Source: a virus. Taken from it: a DNA stretch of 64,000 bases. The notes beneath the pieces are model-generated. The model saw only the letters and a program-made list of their open reading frames with translations. It searched no databases and was not told where the DNA came from. The stretch spans positions 4,191 through 68,190 of the IMG/VR virus record IMGVR_UViG_3300010413_000023. One strand, given 5' to 3'. Shown here one piece after another: positions 36,809-45,983 of the stretch (its first letter is position 1; every line of letters starts with the position of its first letter). A program made the position numbers and the translations under genes.

Positions 36809-39268
36809 CTAGATGTCGTGTCCGCGTTTCAGTAGATCGATGCCTTTCGGCGTCAACCTGTCGAGCTGGGCCTGTAGCTTGTCGCGTTCGTCGCGCATGA
36901 TGCGTTGTTCCTCGCGGGCGTCCCATTCGCGGCGTCCGAGTTGGAGCAGGAATGTTTCGCGTTGTGAGTCGGTCATGTTGATGTAGTCGTCCAGTTCGGC
37001 GTCGCTCAAGACGGTGGTGTTGCGAATGGCGCGTTCGTCCTCATTATCCTCGCCATACCGGAAATCGACGCTCACCGTGCGGCTGCGCCCGTGCGACTTG
37101 ACGCGCATCCCCTCAAAAATGACCATTGGTGGGGGGCGTCGTTCTGTGAGTCGTTCCGACGGTAGGTGTTTCCATTCCTCGACGCCAGCCACGCCACAGG
37201 CAATGCAGAACACCAGCGCATAATCTGCGTCCTCACCCTGCACGTTCACCGTGCCTGTGCCGCGTTTCATCTGCGCGCCGCACACCGGGCAAATTCGTGT
37301 TGAATCCACGAGGCGCGACGTGCCGGTATTGGCCGTCACGTAATAGATATTGTCCCATTCAGCCGCCGCGCTGCCCAGGTCCTGCCCTTTTGCCGTTCCG
37401 GGTATCAAGTCGCCGTCCGGCTCAAGTGTGAGCATCGTCGCAATCGCGCCGCCGTCCGACACGCGGAACAACAACGATGACTGATAGGTCGCATTATCGT
37501 GCTCGTCGAACACGGCCTGAATGTGAGCGATAGTGACGTTTGCCGCAGCGCCTGCGCCGTCGGTATCCGTAGCAAACCCGAGACGTACCCCGTTGCCGTC
37601 AGTCGTATCGGGATTGTAGAATGAGTTAAACACCGGTGCGGCTGCGTTTGAACGTTGGTAAACGGCTACGCCGCCAGCCGTGGTGACGTGTAGGGCTGCC
37701 AGAGGCGTTGCCTCGCCGATGCCGACGCGCCCGTCTGAACCACGAACCCACAGGGCATTCGGCACGCCCACGGCCTCGATACGGGTATCCACGTCCGCAC
37801 CGCCCTCGTTGAATACGTTATCCGTCGCCCCGAAATGGACGAACTCACCCAGGGCAACGCCTGCCTTTCTGATGTAATAACGGATGATCGTACCCTCAGC
37901 CGCCGCAGCGGGGTTTTCCCATTCGACCAGCATCGAGGCGGCGTCCTCCATTGCCCCGCCCGCGTCCTCAAGACGGTAGAGGATGCGCCCGGCAAAACCC
38001 GCAGCCGCCGCTCCACTTGTGGCATGTTCCATCGTTTGCCATGTTGAGTAGGTATTGGTGATGGCATCGCTGACGTATTGCGTCGTACTGCCCTCGGCGT
38101 CGATCACATATTTGATCGCGGGCGCGCCGTCGTATATTTTGAGCACAGAGTTGGCGTCTGTGCCGGGTAGGTTGATCTGCAAGTCCGACTGCGTTGCCAC
38201 GCCGCTATCGTCCAGGAAAATCACCGCCGTGTCGTCATTCGTCCCACCCACGAGCCGGATCTGTGGCGAATCGGATGCACCATCGTCCAGCACGAGATTC
38301 TGAGAACCGGTCAACACGCCCGTCGCGCCAACCAACCAGGGCGTGCCTGGATCGCCGTCGCTTGCAGCCAACGCAGCGGGCGGGTAAACGATGCGCCAAG
38401 CCCCTTCCCAAACTTGCCACACCTGATCGGTATCAGTTTCGGCAAAGTGGGTCAGCTCGGCAAGGTCGCCAACGACGAGTAGTAAACGCTCGGCATTCGT
38501 CCCGATGATCCACGGCGCGTTCCACGAAACCAGATCCCACAGGAAACGCCAGTCATAAATGTCATCCTCGGTGATCGTCGTCTGTCCGTTTTCAAGGTCA
38601 ACCAGGCATACCGGGATCGTATTTGCCGATAGGTCAGGGATTGGTGCAGCGGCTGCAAGGGGCACGATCAACCCGTCATCCGAGTCCAGCGTATTAGACG
38701 CCCCATCCACAAAAACGAGCGTGAAACGGTGCCCGGCTACACCCGGCACGCTCGCCGCCAGATTGATATTCGCGCCGGGAAAACGGTGAACGTCGGCATA
38801 GCCGAAAACGTATTGCCCCCGTTCGACGTGGACGGTCAGATCCGGCGTCGCCTGTGCCCGCCCGCGCATCTCGACGATGTTTCTCAAGTCAATCGGCGCG
38901 GGGTCTGCCCCCGATGCGGCGTTGTGCGATTCGCCGTGGTTGCCCGTCGTAAAATTGTCAACCGTGTCCTGGCTGATCACATCCTGGTACAACGTCCAGT
39001 TGACGGCGAGCACCTGCTCAAATTCGTCTGTTGGAAAACGCCGCCCCACGACGATGGGAAAATCCTCGGGGATGCCGGGAGCGATGATGTTGAACACCTT
39101 TGATACTTTGCTCTGGTCGGCACTATACCGGCACCAGATATACCCCGGCTCACCTGCAACATTCACCGTCCCGCCGCCATTCCCGGCCAGGGCGTTGCGG
39201 TATTTCGCGATCGTCTGTTTTGAGTCTAGCAGTTTCTGCCATTCCAAGATGGCGCGTTCTTCGCTCAT
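36809..39268 (-). CDS. Tail fibre / receptor-binding protein
   Basis: Distal position in tail operon; GRVGIG..TP.AALHV fibre motif, DLGS....WDNIY; C-terminal CPVC...CIAC. Confidence 0.7.
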   Translation of the reverse strand: MSEERAILEWQKLLDSKQTIAKYRNALAGNGGGTVNVAGEPGYIWCRYSADQSKVSKVFNIIAPGIPEDFPIVVGRRFPTDEFEQVLAVNWTLYQDVISQDTVDNFTTGNHGESHNAASGADPAPIDLRNIVEMRGRAQATPDLTVHVERGQYVFGYADVHRFPGANINLAASVPGVAGHRFTLVFVDGASNTLDSDDGLIVPLAAAAPIPDLSANTIPVCLVDLENGQTTITEDDIYDWRFLWDLVSWNAPWIIGTNAERLLLVVGDLAELTHFAETDTDQVWQVWEGAWRIVYPPAALAASDGDPGTPWLVGATGVLTGSQNLVLDDGASDSPQIRLVGGTNDDTAVIFLDDSGVATQSDLQINLPGTDANSVLKIYDGAPAIKYVIDAEGSTTQYVSDAITNTYSTWQTMEHATSGAAAAGFAGRILYRLEDAGGAMEDAASMLVEWENPAAAAEGTIIRYYIRKAGVALGEFVHFGATDNVFNEGGADVDTRIEAVGVPNALWVRGSDGRVGIGEATPLAALHVTTAGGVAVYQRSNAAAPVFNSFYNPDTTDGNGVRLGFATDTDGAGAAANVTIAHIQAVFDEHDNATYQSSLLFRVSDGGAIATMLTLEPDGDLIPGTAKGQDLGSAAAEWDNIYYVTANTGTSRLVDSTRICPVCGAQMKRGTGTVNVQGEDADYALVFCIACGVAGVEEWKHLPSERLTERRPPPMVIFEGMRVKSHGRSRTVSVDFRYGEDNEDERAIRNTTVLSDAELDDYINMTDSQRETFLLQLGRREWDAREEQRIMRDERDKLQAQLDRLTPKGIDLLKRGHDI

Positions 39269-39269
39269 T

Positions 39270-42200
39270 CTACACCGCCAATAAATAGATACGATAGGCG
39301 ATCAATGCCGCGCTATCGTCATCCAGGTTGCCCGTTTTGTCTGCCCAACCGATACTGACCGGCTCGTCGTAATAGATGGCGACTTGATCGATAACACCGC
39401 CGCCGCTTCTATCCGTCGTGGCAATGATGAACCCATCGCCCGTGTTGCCATCTGCTGCCGATACGTATATATCCGCATCGCCAGGGAATGTATCGCCATA
39501 TTCAACCCACGACGTACCGCCGTTGTTGCTATAGTACAGGAAATCTTCTTCGGCAAAATACCAATACAGGTTGGCGATGTCCGTCCACCCGATGACGCCC
39601 AATCCGTCTACAGGCCACGTGAACGTCGCGTCACCCACGTCGGTTGTTACCGGCACGCCCACGTCGAGAAACGTGTCAATGGTACGGAGGATGTCCACCC
39701 CGCCAACTGTAGACTGCCAGATCAGGATGCCGTCATCGTCGTCATAGGTCGAGTCTTCCCAAAACGTGAGTGGATGGACGTTGCCAGAGTTGTCGGCTAG
39801 ATATGCCGTCCACGCGCCCGATGTGTCTTGCGTATCCTCGATAAACAGGATGCCCAGGTTGACGATACCGATGATCACGCAGCGGGGTTCAGTTGCACCA
39901 ACATCCAAATGCTTGGACACGGCAAAGGGCTGCCCTCCGTCGATGGCCTCGCCGCCGATGCCACGCCCTCGCCAGTCTGCGGGCGTAGACGATGCGCCGT
40001 TGGATTTATTGTCAATCACCCAAATCTCGCCGCCGAACGTCTCTCCCATCGCGGCTACGTAATCGGGCAGCAGCGCGCAAAAGTCGATCCCGCGCACCGA
40101 GTCCGATGTTACCGTGGCGATGCCGTCGATGTCGGTCAGGGAAAGCAGTTGTGTCCACGTGCCCGTACCCAGCAAATCGTCATTGTAATACACCCCATCA
40201 TTCGTCCCGGCCCACCACTCGCCGGGGGCATTCGGGTCTTCGACAAGCGTCCAGACGTAACGGGCATCGGAACCGGACGCGCCCAGCCCGTCGTTCAGTT
40301 CCTCCCATACCGGCGTCGTGTCCAGCAGGTTGTAAGTGATCCACACCCCGTCATCCGTGGCCACGAGGGCAATGCCGTCAAATCCGGGTGGCTTTTCAGG
40401 CGGCGTCTGTGTCTCGCCAGTGGTCGGCTCCAGCTCGTCAAGGATGGGCACAGTCACGCCGTCCGGGCCATCTGTCTCGTATTCGCAGCGGTATGTGGTC
40501 ATCAACACGCCCTGCGCGGCGTCATAGTCAAACGTCACCCCACGCACCAAAAAATCGGCGTTGGTGAACGTGTACCGTTCCAGCGCCAAGTCAACGTCGA
40601 TATATTCCTGCGGCCACAGGTCGCCAAACCGCCAATTGCCCGCCATTTGCAAAGTCAGCTCTGGCCAGCGGTTGTTGGCATAAGCGTACAGGTCGCCCGA
40701 TAGCGTATTGAGCTGCGCCTGTCCCGTCACTGCCAGGTTGTTGCTCGCCTGGTTTGTGCCGATATACCCCGAGACGTTGCCCGGCGCGATGGACAGGTAC
40801 GGCGTGATCACCCCGGCGTTGTACAGCACGCCCCCGGCCTCGACGATATTGGCGGGAAACTCGTTGATCTCTCTGAGTTGCACCTGCCCGATCCAGTCGC
40901 CCGCGTCCAGGTCAAACAGCGTGGTTGCTCCACCTGCGGTTTGTACTTGCCTATCAATGACGAACGATGCCCGTTCGTACCGGTCCATCAACACGCGGCC
41001 CACGACGCGGGCCTGCAGGAAATTGTCGAGCGACGCGCGGAACAGATCCCCGGCAAGGAAATCCTGCCCGGCGATCTCCCGCGTGTCCGATGCTCCGTCG
41101 AGTTGGATGTCTGCGTACACGTCCGTAATGGCGGCAAGGTTGGAATGCCACACCGTGAACCACCACGCGGCCCGCGAGATGGTCAAATCTTGCGCGTCCG
41201 TCCATTCCGTTGGCGTGTCGTCGTTCGTGACGGGCACGGGATAGTTCTCGCGTCTGCTGGCCTGTTCTGCCAAAGAAATCACGTCAAACGTGACATCCCC
41301 TGTTTCGCTGTCCTGGGTGACGGTGCCGTCTGCAATGTGCCCGACCATGACGATGTTCTCTGCCCCGTCAATCGGACCTAGACTTTCCTTTGTCCCGGCA
41401 TACCAGTCATCCGCGAACAAGATGACCAGCGCGCCCGGTTCCACGCTGTACTCGGCGGCCTGTGAGCCAAAGATGCGGATCGACGTTGACCACGATCCAG
41501 ACGTAAAATCACCGCTGATGGACGATACGTCAAAGTCGGTGATCGGTACGTAATTCGCCCTTGGCGTCGGGTCCGTTCCCGTCTGGTATTGGTCAGGCCG
41601 GCGCAAAGTGAACACGTACCGCACCCCGCGCCGGAACTCGATGATCGGATCGGCCACGTCACTCAGAACAGAAAGCGTCGTGCGATACCCGGCAAGCCCA
41701 GACAGGTTGGTGTAGGTTTGCGCTGCCGGGTCTTCGAGTGCCGATACCCAGCCCGCGCCGCCATCCTCGCCAGCACTTGCCCATGCGTTTACCGTGCCGC
41801 CGGGCGACAGAGTATAACTATCCGACCAGTCAAAATCAACGTCCACGCTGCCCACGTCAGGATCGATGAATGCTACCCGATGCGGGCCCATGATCGGCGT
41901 CGGCGGGTAGACGGCCTCTGAGTCTGCCAACTGCGCCCAGGTATAGCCATCCGCACCGAGCGAGTCCCGAAAATAGCCCCACGCCTTGAACCACGACAAC
42001 ACGCCCCCGGCCTCCGTCGTCTTGGGATACCTTGGGATATACCTGAACTCGTCAAGTACCACGATTTTATCGCCGTTCTGCACGTCGCCCAGTTCGCCCG
42101 AGTTGTAGATGTACAGCGTCTCGGCCCCCGCGCCAATGGTTTGATCACCGTGGACGGTGAACACGCCCCGGTTGCGCCCGCCCGTTGTGGCACTGTCGAT

Positions 42201-42422
42201 CAACACCGTCATCCCGTCGAGCAGCGTTGTGCCGTTGGCAGAGACGACCACGATCTCGTCGTTCGTCGTGCCGGGTGCGCCGTTGACGGTTCCAGACCAG
42301 ACGTAACCCGACCACGTTCCGGCATCAGAGTCATACATCTCTGCCTGCTGGATGATGAGGTACAATTTTGTCTGATGCGGCACCGATCTGAGTTTGAGTA
42401 AATCGGCCGGTGAAATTGTCAT
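39270..42422 (-). CDS. Large tail/baseplate hub protein with C-terminal beta-propeller
   Basis: 1050 aa, two genes downstream of tape measure; Asp-box-like YSNNGGTSW. Confidence 0.6.
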   Translation of the reverse strand: MTISPADLLKLRSVPHQTKLYLIIQQAEMYDSDAGTWSGYVWSGTVNGAPGTTNDEIVVVSANGTTLLDGMTVLIDSATTGGRNRGVFTVHGDQTIGAGAETLYIYNSGELGDVQNGDKIVVLDEFRYIPRYPKTTEAGGVLSWFKAWGYFRDSLGADGYTWAQLADSEAVYPPTPIMGPHRVAFIDPDVGSVDVDFDWSDSYTLSPGGTVNAWASAGEDGGAGWVSALEDPAAQTYTNLSGLAGYRTTLSVLSDVADPIIEFRRGVRYVFTLRRPDQYQTGTDPTPRANYVPITDFDVSSISGDFTSGSWSTSIRIFGSQAAEYSVEPGALVILFADDWYAGTKESLGPIDGAENIVMVGHIADGTVTQDSETGDVTFDVISLAEQASRRENYPVPVTNDDTPTEWTDAQDLTISRAAWWFTVWHSNLAAITDVYADIQLDGASDTREIAGQDFLAGDLFRASLDNFLQARVVGRVLMDRYERASFVIDRQVQTAGGATTLFDLDAGDWIGQVQLREINEFPANIVEAGGVLYNAGVITPYLSIAPGNVSGYIGTNQASNNLAVTGQAQLNTLSGDLYAYANNRWPELTLQMAGNWRFGDLWPQEYIDVDLALERYTFTNADFLVRGVTFDYDAAQGVLMTTYRCEYETDGPDGVTVPILDELEPTTGETQTPPEKPPGFDGIALVATDDGVWITYNLLDTTPVWEELNDGLGASGSDARYVWTLVEDPNAPGEWWAGTNDGVYYNDDLLGTGTWTQLLSLTDIDGIATVTSDSVRGIDFCALLPDYVAAMGETFGGEIWVIDNKSNGASSTPADWRGRGIGGEAIDGGQPFAVSKHLDVGATEPRCVIIGIVNLGILFIEDTQDTSGAWTAYLADNSGNVHPLTFWEDSTYDDDDGILIWQSTVGGVDILRTIDTFLDVGVPVTTDVGDATFTWPVDGLGVIGWTDIANLYWYFAEEDFLYYSNNGGTSWVEYGDTFPGDADIYVSAADGNTGDGFIIATTDRSGGGVIDQVAIYYDEPVSIGWADKTGNLDDDSAALIAYRIYLLAV

Positions 42423-42423
42423 G

Positions 42424-42840
42424 TCACGATTCCACCAAATGACTAAACGCGATCCGCACGTTGCTGTAAACTACCGGCCTCTGTGTCCTTGGTATCAGCG
42501 TCATAGATTGTCCCATTGTCGGCCTATCCATCACCGCGCTGTATTCGTCGAAAGTCTGCCCGGCCCCGCCACGATCCGTCGCCGTGCTTATGTATACCTC
42601 TGCGCTGGCCTCGTCTGCCGTGATAAAGTCCAAGAATTTGTTGACATCGTGCTGTGAAAGCGTGTCCCAGTTCCATTCAGCCACGCCAAAACCGAATCCC
42701 TTTTTTACGCCATCCCCTGCCGTCTCTACCCGGCTGTACGGTGTAAAAGACCAGCTATCCGGCTGCGGTATCGACTGGAACTGCAAAGCGTGAATCGTTC
42801 CGGCTGTTAGGCCAAGTCCAAAGTCAAGACATTCGCTCAT
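42424..42840 (-). CDS. Putative distal tail protein
   Basis: 138 aa immediately after tape measure. Confidence 0.5.
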   Translation of the reverse strand: MSECLDFGLGLTAGTIHALQFQSIPQPDSWSFTPYSRVETAGDGVKKGFGFGVAEWNWDTLSQHDVNKFLDFITADEASAEVYISTATDRGGAGQTFDEYSAVMDRPTMGQSMTLIPRTQRPVVYSNVRIAFSHLVES

Positions 42841-42846
42841 ATTATG

Positions 42847-45156
42847 TCACCTCGCCACACTGATACGCTGGGCCAATTTCAACGCCGCCGCCCACACGAT
42901 TTGCTGTACTGCGGCGGCATCCACGCCGCCTGTATTCGCGCCGTTGACGTTCACATCTAACCCGCCACCGATGTCTAACCGGTTATTCCTCAGCGGCACG
43001 AACGCGGCAAGCTCCGGCCCCGCCTCGCCTGCGACAAAGCGGGTTGGACGGTTCACGATGTCCATGCCGCCCTCTGCCCTAAAGAACTCGTGACGCCTGC
43101 GCCATGCCTCATCAGCATCATAGATGGGCGCGGCGTTCGTCTCGCTTCCCAGGAAATTGCCACGCTGACGGGCCTGCTCGTCTCGCGTCAATCCGAACGA
43201 CGAGCCGGCCACCGTTTGCATTGCGGCTGTGGCTGCCTGTGCGATGGCGGCCCCTGCACTGGCGATCTCTGTCGTGGCAATGTTGGTCATTGCGTCCAAA
43301 TTAGCCTTCAATTTTTCCAGTTCCTTCTGATACCAGATGTCCAAATCCTCAAGCGCCCTCTCTCTGGCGCGTACCAAGTCTTCGTTTTGCCGTTCCCATG
43401 ACAGCTTGCGGTCTTCTTCCTGGCGTTGCAAGGATAGTTTCAGATCGGCCTCTTGTTGCGCCTCGGCCTCTTGCTGTGCTGCGAGTGCCTCGGCGTTTTG
43501 TTGTCTCGCCTTTTCCATCGCCAGGGCTGCGTCCTCGTCGATCCGCATTTGCTTTTCCGTCAGGTCTCGTTCCAGCGTTGCCTTTTCGATCTGTTTGTTG
43601 CGCTGTTCGTCTCGCAGGTCGCGTTGTTTCTGTCGCAGTGCGGCGGCGATGGCAACCGCGTCATTTCGGCGGGCAGCTTCGGAAATGGTATCATCGGCCT
43701 TCTGGTTGATCTGGAACAGGGCTTCACGGTGCGAGCGTTCTAAATCCTCGCGCGCTCGTTGCGCCTCGCGGGTTGCGTCCAGCTTTTGTTTGGCGATGTT
43801 GTTTTCAACTTCTATCAGCCGTGCAGCGTTGGACGCTTCGATCTTTTCCCGGGCCTTGGCATTGTCGCGGGCCATGTCCTCGCGCTTGCGGGCGAGGTTG
43901 CGATCTGCGTCCTCGATCTGGCGGGCGCGCTGGATGGCAATGTCCTCGTCTCGGCGGGCATTGTCCAGGGCGATCTTTTCCAGTTTCTCGGCGCGCTTCT
44001 TGTTGAGTTCGTCAACTTGTGCCGCCGAATCCTCTGCCGCGTCGCCCATGTCGGTGATCGCGTTCTCGGCGTTTTCAATCGCCGCCGTCCCGGTCGTCAA
44101 TATCTGGAACGTTTCGTCGAATTTCTTTTTGAACAGTTCGGCCTGAATGGTTGGATCTTTGATGACATCGCCCAGGTTAGCTACAACCTCTTTCCAACCG
44201 GCAAAATACGAGATGCCGTATTTCACCGCCATGAGTAATCCTTCGATACTCTTGGTCAATGCATTTGTAGCGGGCAAAGTGACGGTTTTGAGGCCATCAC
44301 TAAACTGCTTTAGATTGACATCCAGTTGTTTGAACGGATCGGTGGCATACTCGGCCATGTTGCCCGCCCGCTCGATAAAGTTGCCACCGTCGGCAAGCAC
44401 GGCGTTAAGGGTGGCGATCTGTCTTTCCTGGGTAGTCATTTGATCCGTTGTTTTTCCAAGACTCGCCGCATATTGATCGACGGCCTGTCCAACCTTGACA
44501 TAAACTTCGGCATTGTCAATCAGTAATGGTGAACCTTTGATGATACCACGGATCAACGTCTCGAAAACGTAGCCGATGTCTTTCCCCGTCGCCCGGGCTG
44601 AAACTTCCGCGATCTGGTACAAGCGGGGCAGTTGATCGGCGATCTGCGAACCACCCGCAAGCAATGCGCTGTTTGCCGTCCTAATAAGGGCTGCCGTGTC
44701 CACCGTACCGCGTGAGACAGAACGCAGATCCGCGATCAGTTTTTGAGCATTGACGCCAGACGATGCGGCAAGGTTCTGAAACGAGTTTCGCATGTCCTCA
44801 AGTGCCGCCGCCGCCTCGCCAGCTTCAAGAGACTTTTTGATAGCTACGCCCACACCGGCAATTGCGGCAGTGACGATGGTCGCAGTTGCGCCAATACTCT
44901 TGAGCGCAGCAACCGTTTTCATTCCAGCCGACTCGCTATTCTTGGCTACCTGATCGAACTGCGCCGCGCCCTTCCGAAATTCATCGGTCAGGCCATACAT
45001 ATCACGCCCAGCTGCCTGCGTTGTCTTACCAATCGCAGACGCCATCCGCGACGTTTTCTTTTCCATCTGGTCGATGGTCTGGTTGTACTTTGCGGCGTTG
45101 CGCTCAAAGTCTTGTATTCTGAGTACGGCATCAAGCCCTATTTGTGGAAAAGCCAT
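42847..45156 (-). CDS. Tail tape measure protein
   Basis: Long helical/coiled-coil Ala/Glu/Arg-rich protein; SPLLIDN; C-terminal GG..VNRPT..VAGEAGPE. Confidence 0.85.
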   Translation of the reverse strand: MAFPQIGLDAVLRIQDFERNAAKYNQTIDQMEKKTSRMASAIGKTTQAAGRDMYGLTDEFRKGAAQFDQVAKNSESAGMKTVAALKSIGATATIVTAAIAGVGVAIKKSLEAGEAAAALEDMRNSFQNLAASSGVNAQKLIADLRSVSRGTVDTAALIRTANSALLAGGSQIADQLPRLYQIAEVSARATGKDIGYVFETLIRGIIKGSPLLIDNAEVYVKVGQAVDQYAASLGKTTDQMTTQERQIATLNAVLADGGNFIERAGNMAEYATDPFKQLDVNLKQFSDGLKTVTLPATNALTKSIEGLLMAVKYGISYFAGWKEVVANLGDVIKDPTIQAELFKKKFDETFQILTTGTAAIENAENAITDMGDAAEDSAAQVDELNKKRAEKLEKIALDNARRDEDIAIQRARQIEDADRNLARKREDMARDNAKAREKIEASNAARLIEVENNIAKQKLDATREAQRAREDLERSHREALFQINQKADDTISEAARRNDAVAIAAALRQKQRDLRDEQRNKQIEKATLERDLTEKQMRIDEDAALAMEKARQQNAEALAAQQEAEAQQEADLKLSLQRQEEDRKLSWERQNEDLVRARERALEDLDIWYQKELEKLKANLDAMTNIATTEIASAGAAIAQAATAAMQTVAGSSFGLTRDEQARQRGNFLGSETNAAPIYDADEAWRRRHEFFRAEGGMDIVNRPTRFVAGEAGPELAAFVPLRNNRLDIGGGLDVNVNGANTGGVDAAAVQQIVWAAALKLAQRISVAR

Positions 45157-45160
45157 TCCA

Positions 45161-45418
45161 CTATCCTTTGCCCTTTTTGGGCGATGGGATCGGGTATTCC
45201 ACCTGCACCCATTCGATCTCGTTTATCGTCTGGTAGGTTGCGATGATTTGTGCTCTGTCTAGATCGTCAAACTTGTCATAAAATTGTGATTCAGATAGCC
45301 CCATTTGCAGGGCTATCTTGCACACGATAAAGCGTAAACTCGTTGTTAGTGGTGCTTCCCTTTTCTCATTGGCGTATCTGTTTACATAAACTTCAAGAGG
45401 CAGTTTCAGCCATTTCAC
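45161..45418 (-). CDS. Tail assembly chaperone, downstream (T) segment
   Basis: Overlaps upstream chaperone in +1 frame, directly before tape measure. Confidence 0.55.
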   Translation of the reverse strand: MKWLKLPLEVYVNRYANEKREAPLTTSLRFIVCKIALQMGLSESQFYDKFDDLDRAQIIATYQTINEIEWVQVEYPIPSPKKGKG

Positions 45419-45929
45419 GTTGAAAGCTGTTTTTCACGTCTTCGACGACCTCTTGAGAGATGCCCAGCAGTTCGTCAAGTGCCTCACTCACCACCACCGC
45501 GTCGTCGGCAAGCCCCAACACAACCCATTCGAGATAGTCCAACTTGCGCCCTTGCGGGCCTTGGCGGGGCTGCCACGATGCGTCAATCATTCGCGCAAAC
45601 TCGCCAAACTCGGCATCCGCATCAAGCCAATCGGGTACTTTCACATCCTTGAGTGAGTACAGATAGGTATAGTCGTTGATCTCGGCATAGCGTTGTTGGT
45701 CGAGCGCGTCACATTCGCCTTTCCAGGCGTCGTATTCCGGGCCTTCGACTGCTAGAAGCTCGGCCTCTTCTTTTGGCTGATTCTTGCCCCGATACTGTTC
45801 GATTGTGATCGTCGGCTGCGGCGGGTAATGGTATTTAGCCGACACCAGCCTATTGATCTTCATATTCGGCGGGCGGTACACGCGCACTGGCCCGATTGAT
45901 TGCAAAACCACGTCTTTGTATGCTGCCAT
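45393..45929 (-). CDS. Tail assembly chaperone (G)
   Basis: Between tail tube and tape measure. Confidence 0.6.
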   Translation of the reverse strand: MAAYKDVVLQSIGPVRVYRPPNMKINRLVSAKYHYPPQPTITIEQYRGKNQPKEEAELLAVEGPEYDAWKGECDALDQQRYAEINDYTYLYSLKDVKVPDWLDADAEFGEFARMIDASWQPRQGPQGRKLDYLEWVVLGLADDAVVVSEALDELLGISQEVVEDVKNSFQREMAETAS

Positions 45930-45983
45930 TTTGTTGTTGCCTTTCTAGATAGGGCGGGCCGTTACACCCGCCCATCACTCAAA

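Noticed and set aside
36809-42422. Diversity-generating retroelement acting on tail genes
   Set aside because: No reverse transcriptase or TR/VR pair seen in the window.
43337-44146. Long plus-strand ORF (also 8612..9559, 19328..20218, 39828..40703, 50142..50948)
   Set aside because: Antisense shadows of well-supported minus-strand genes in GC-rich DNA; no motifs.
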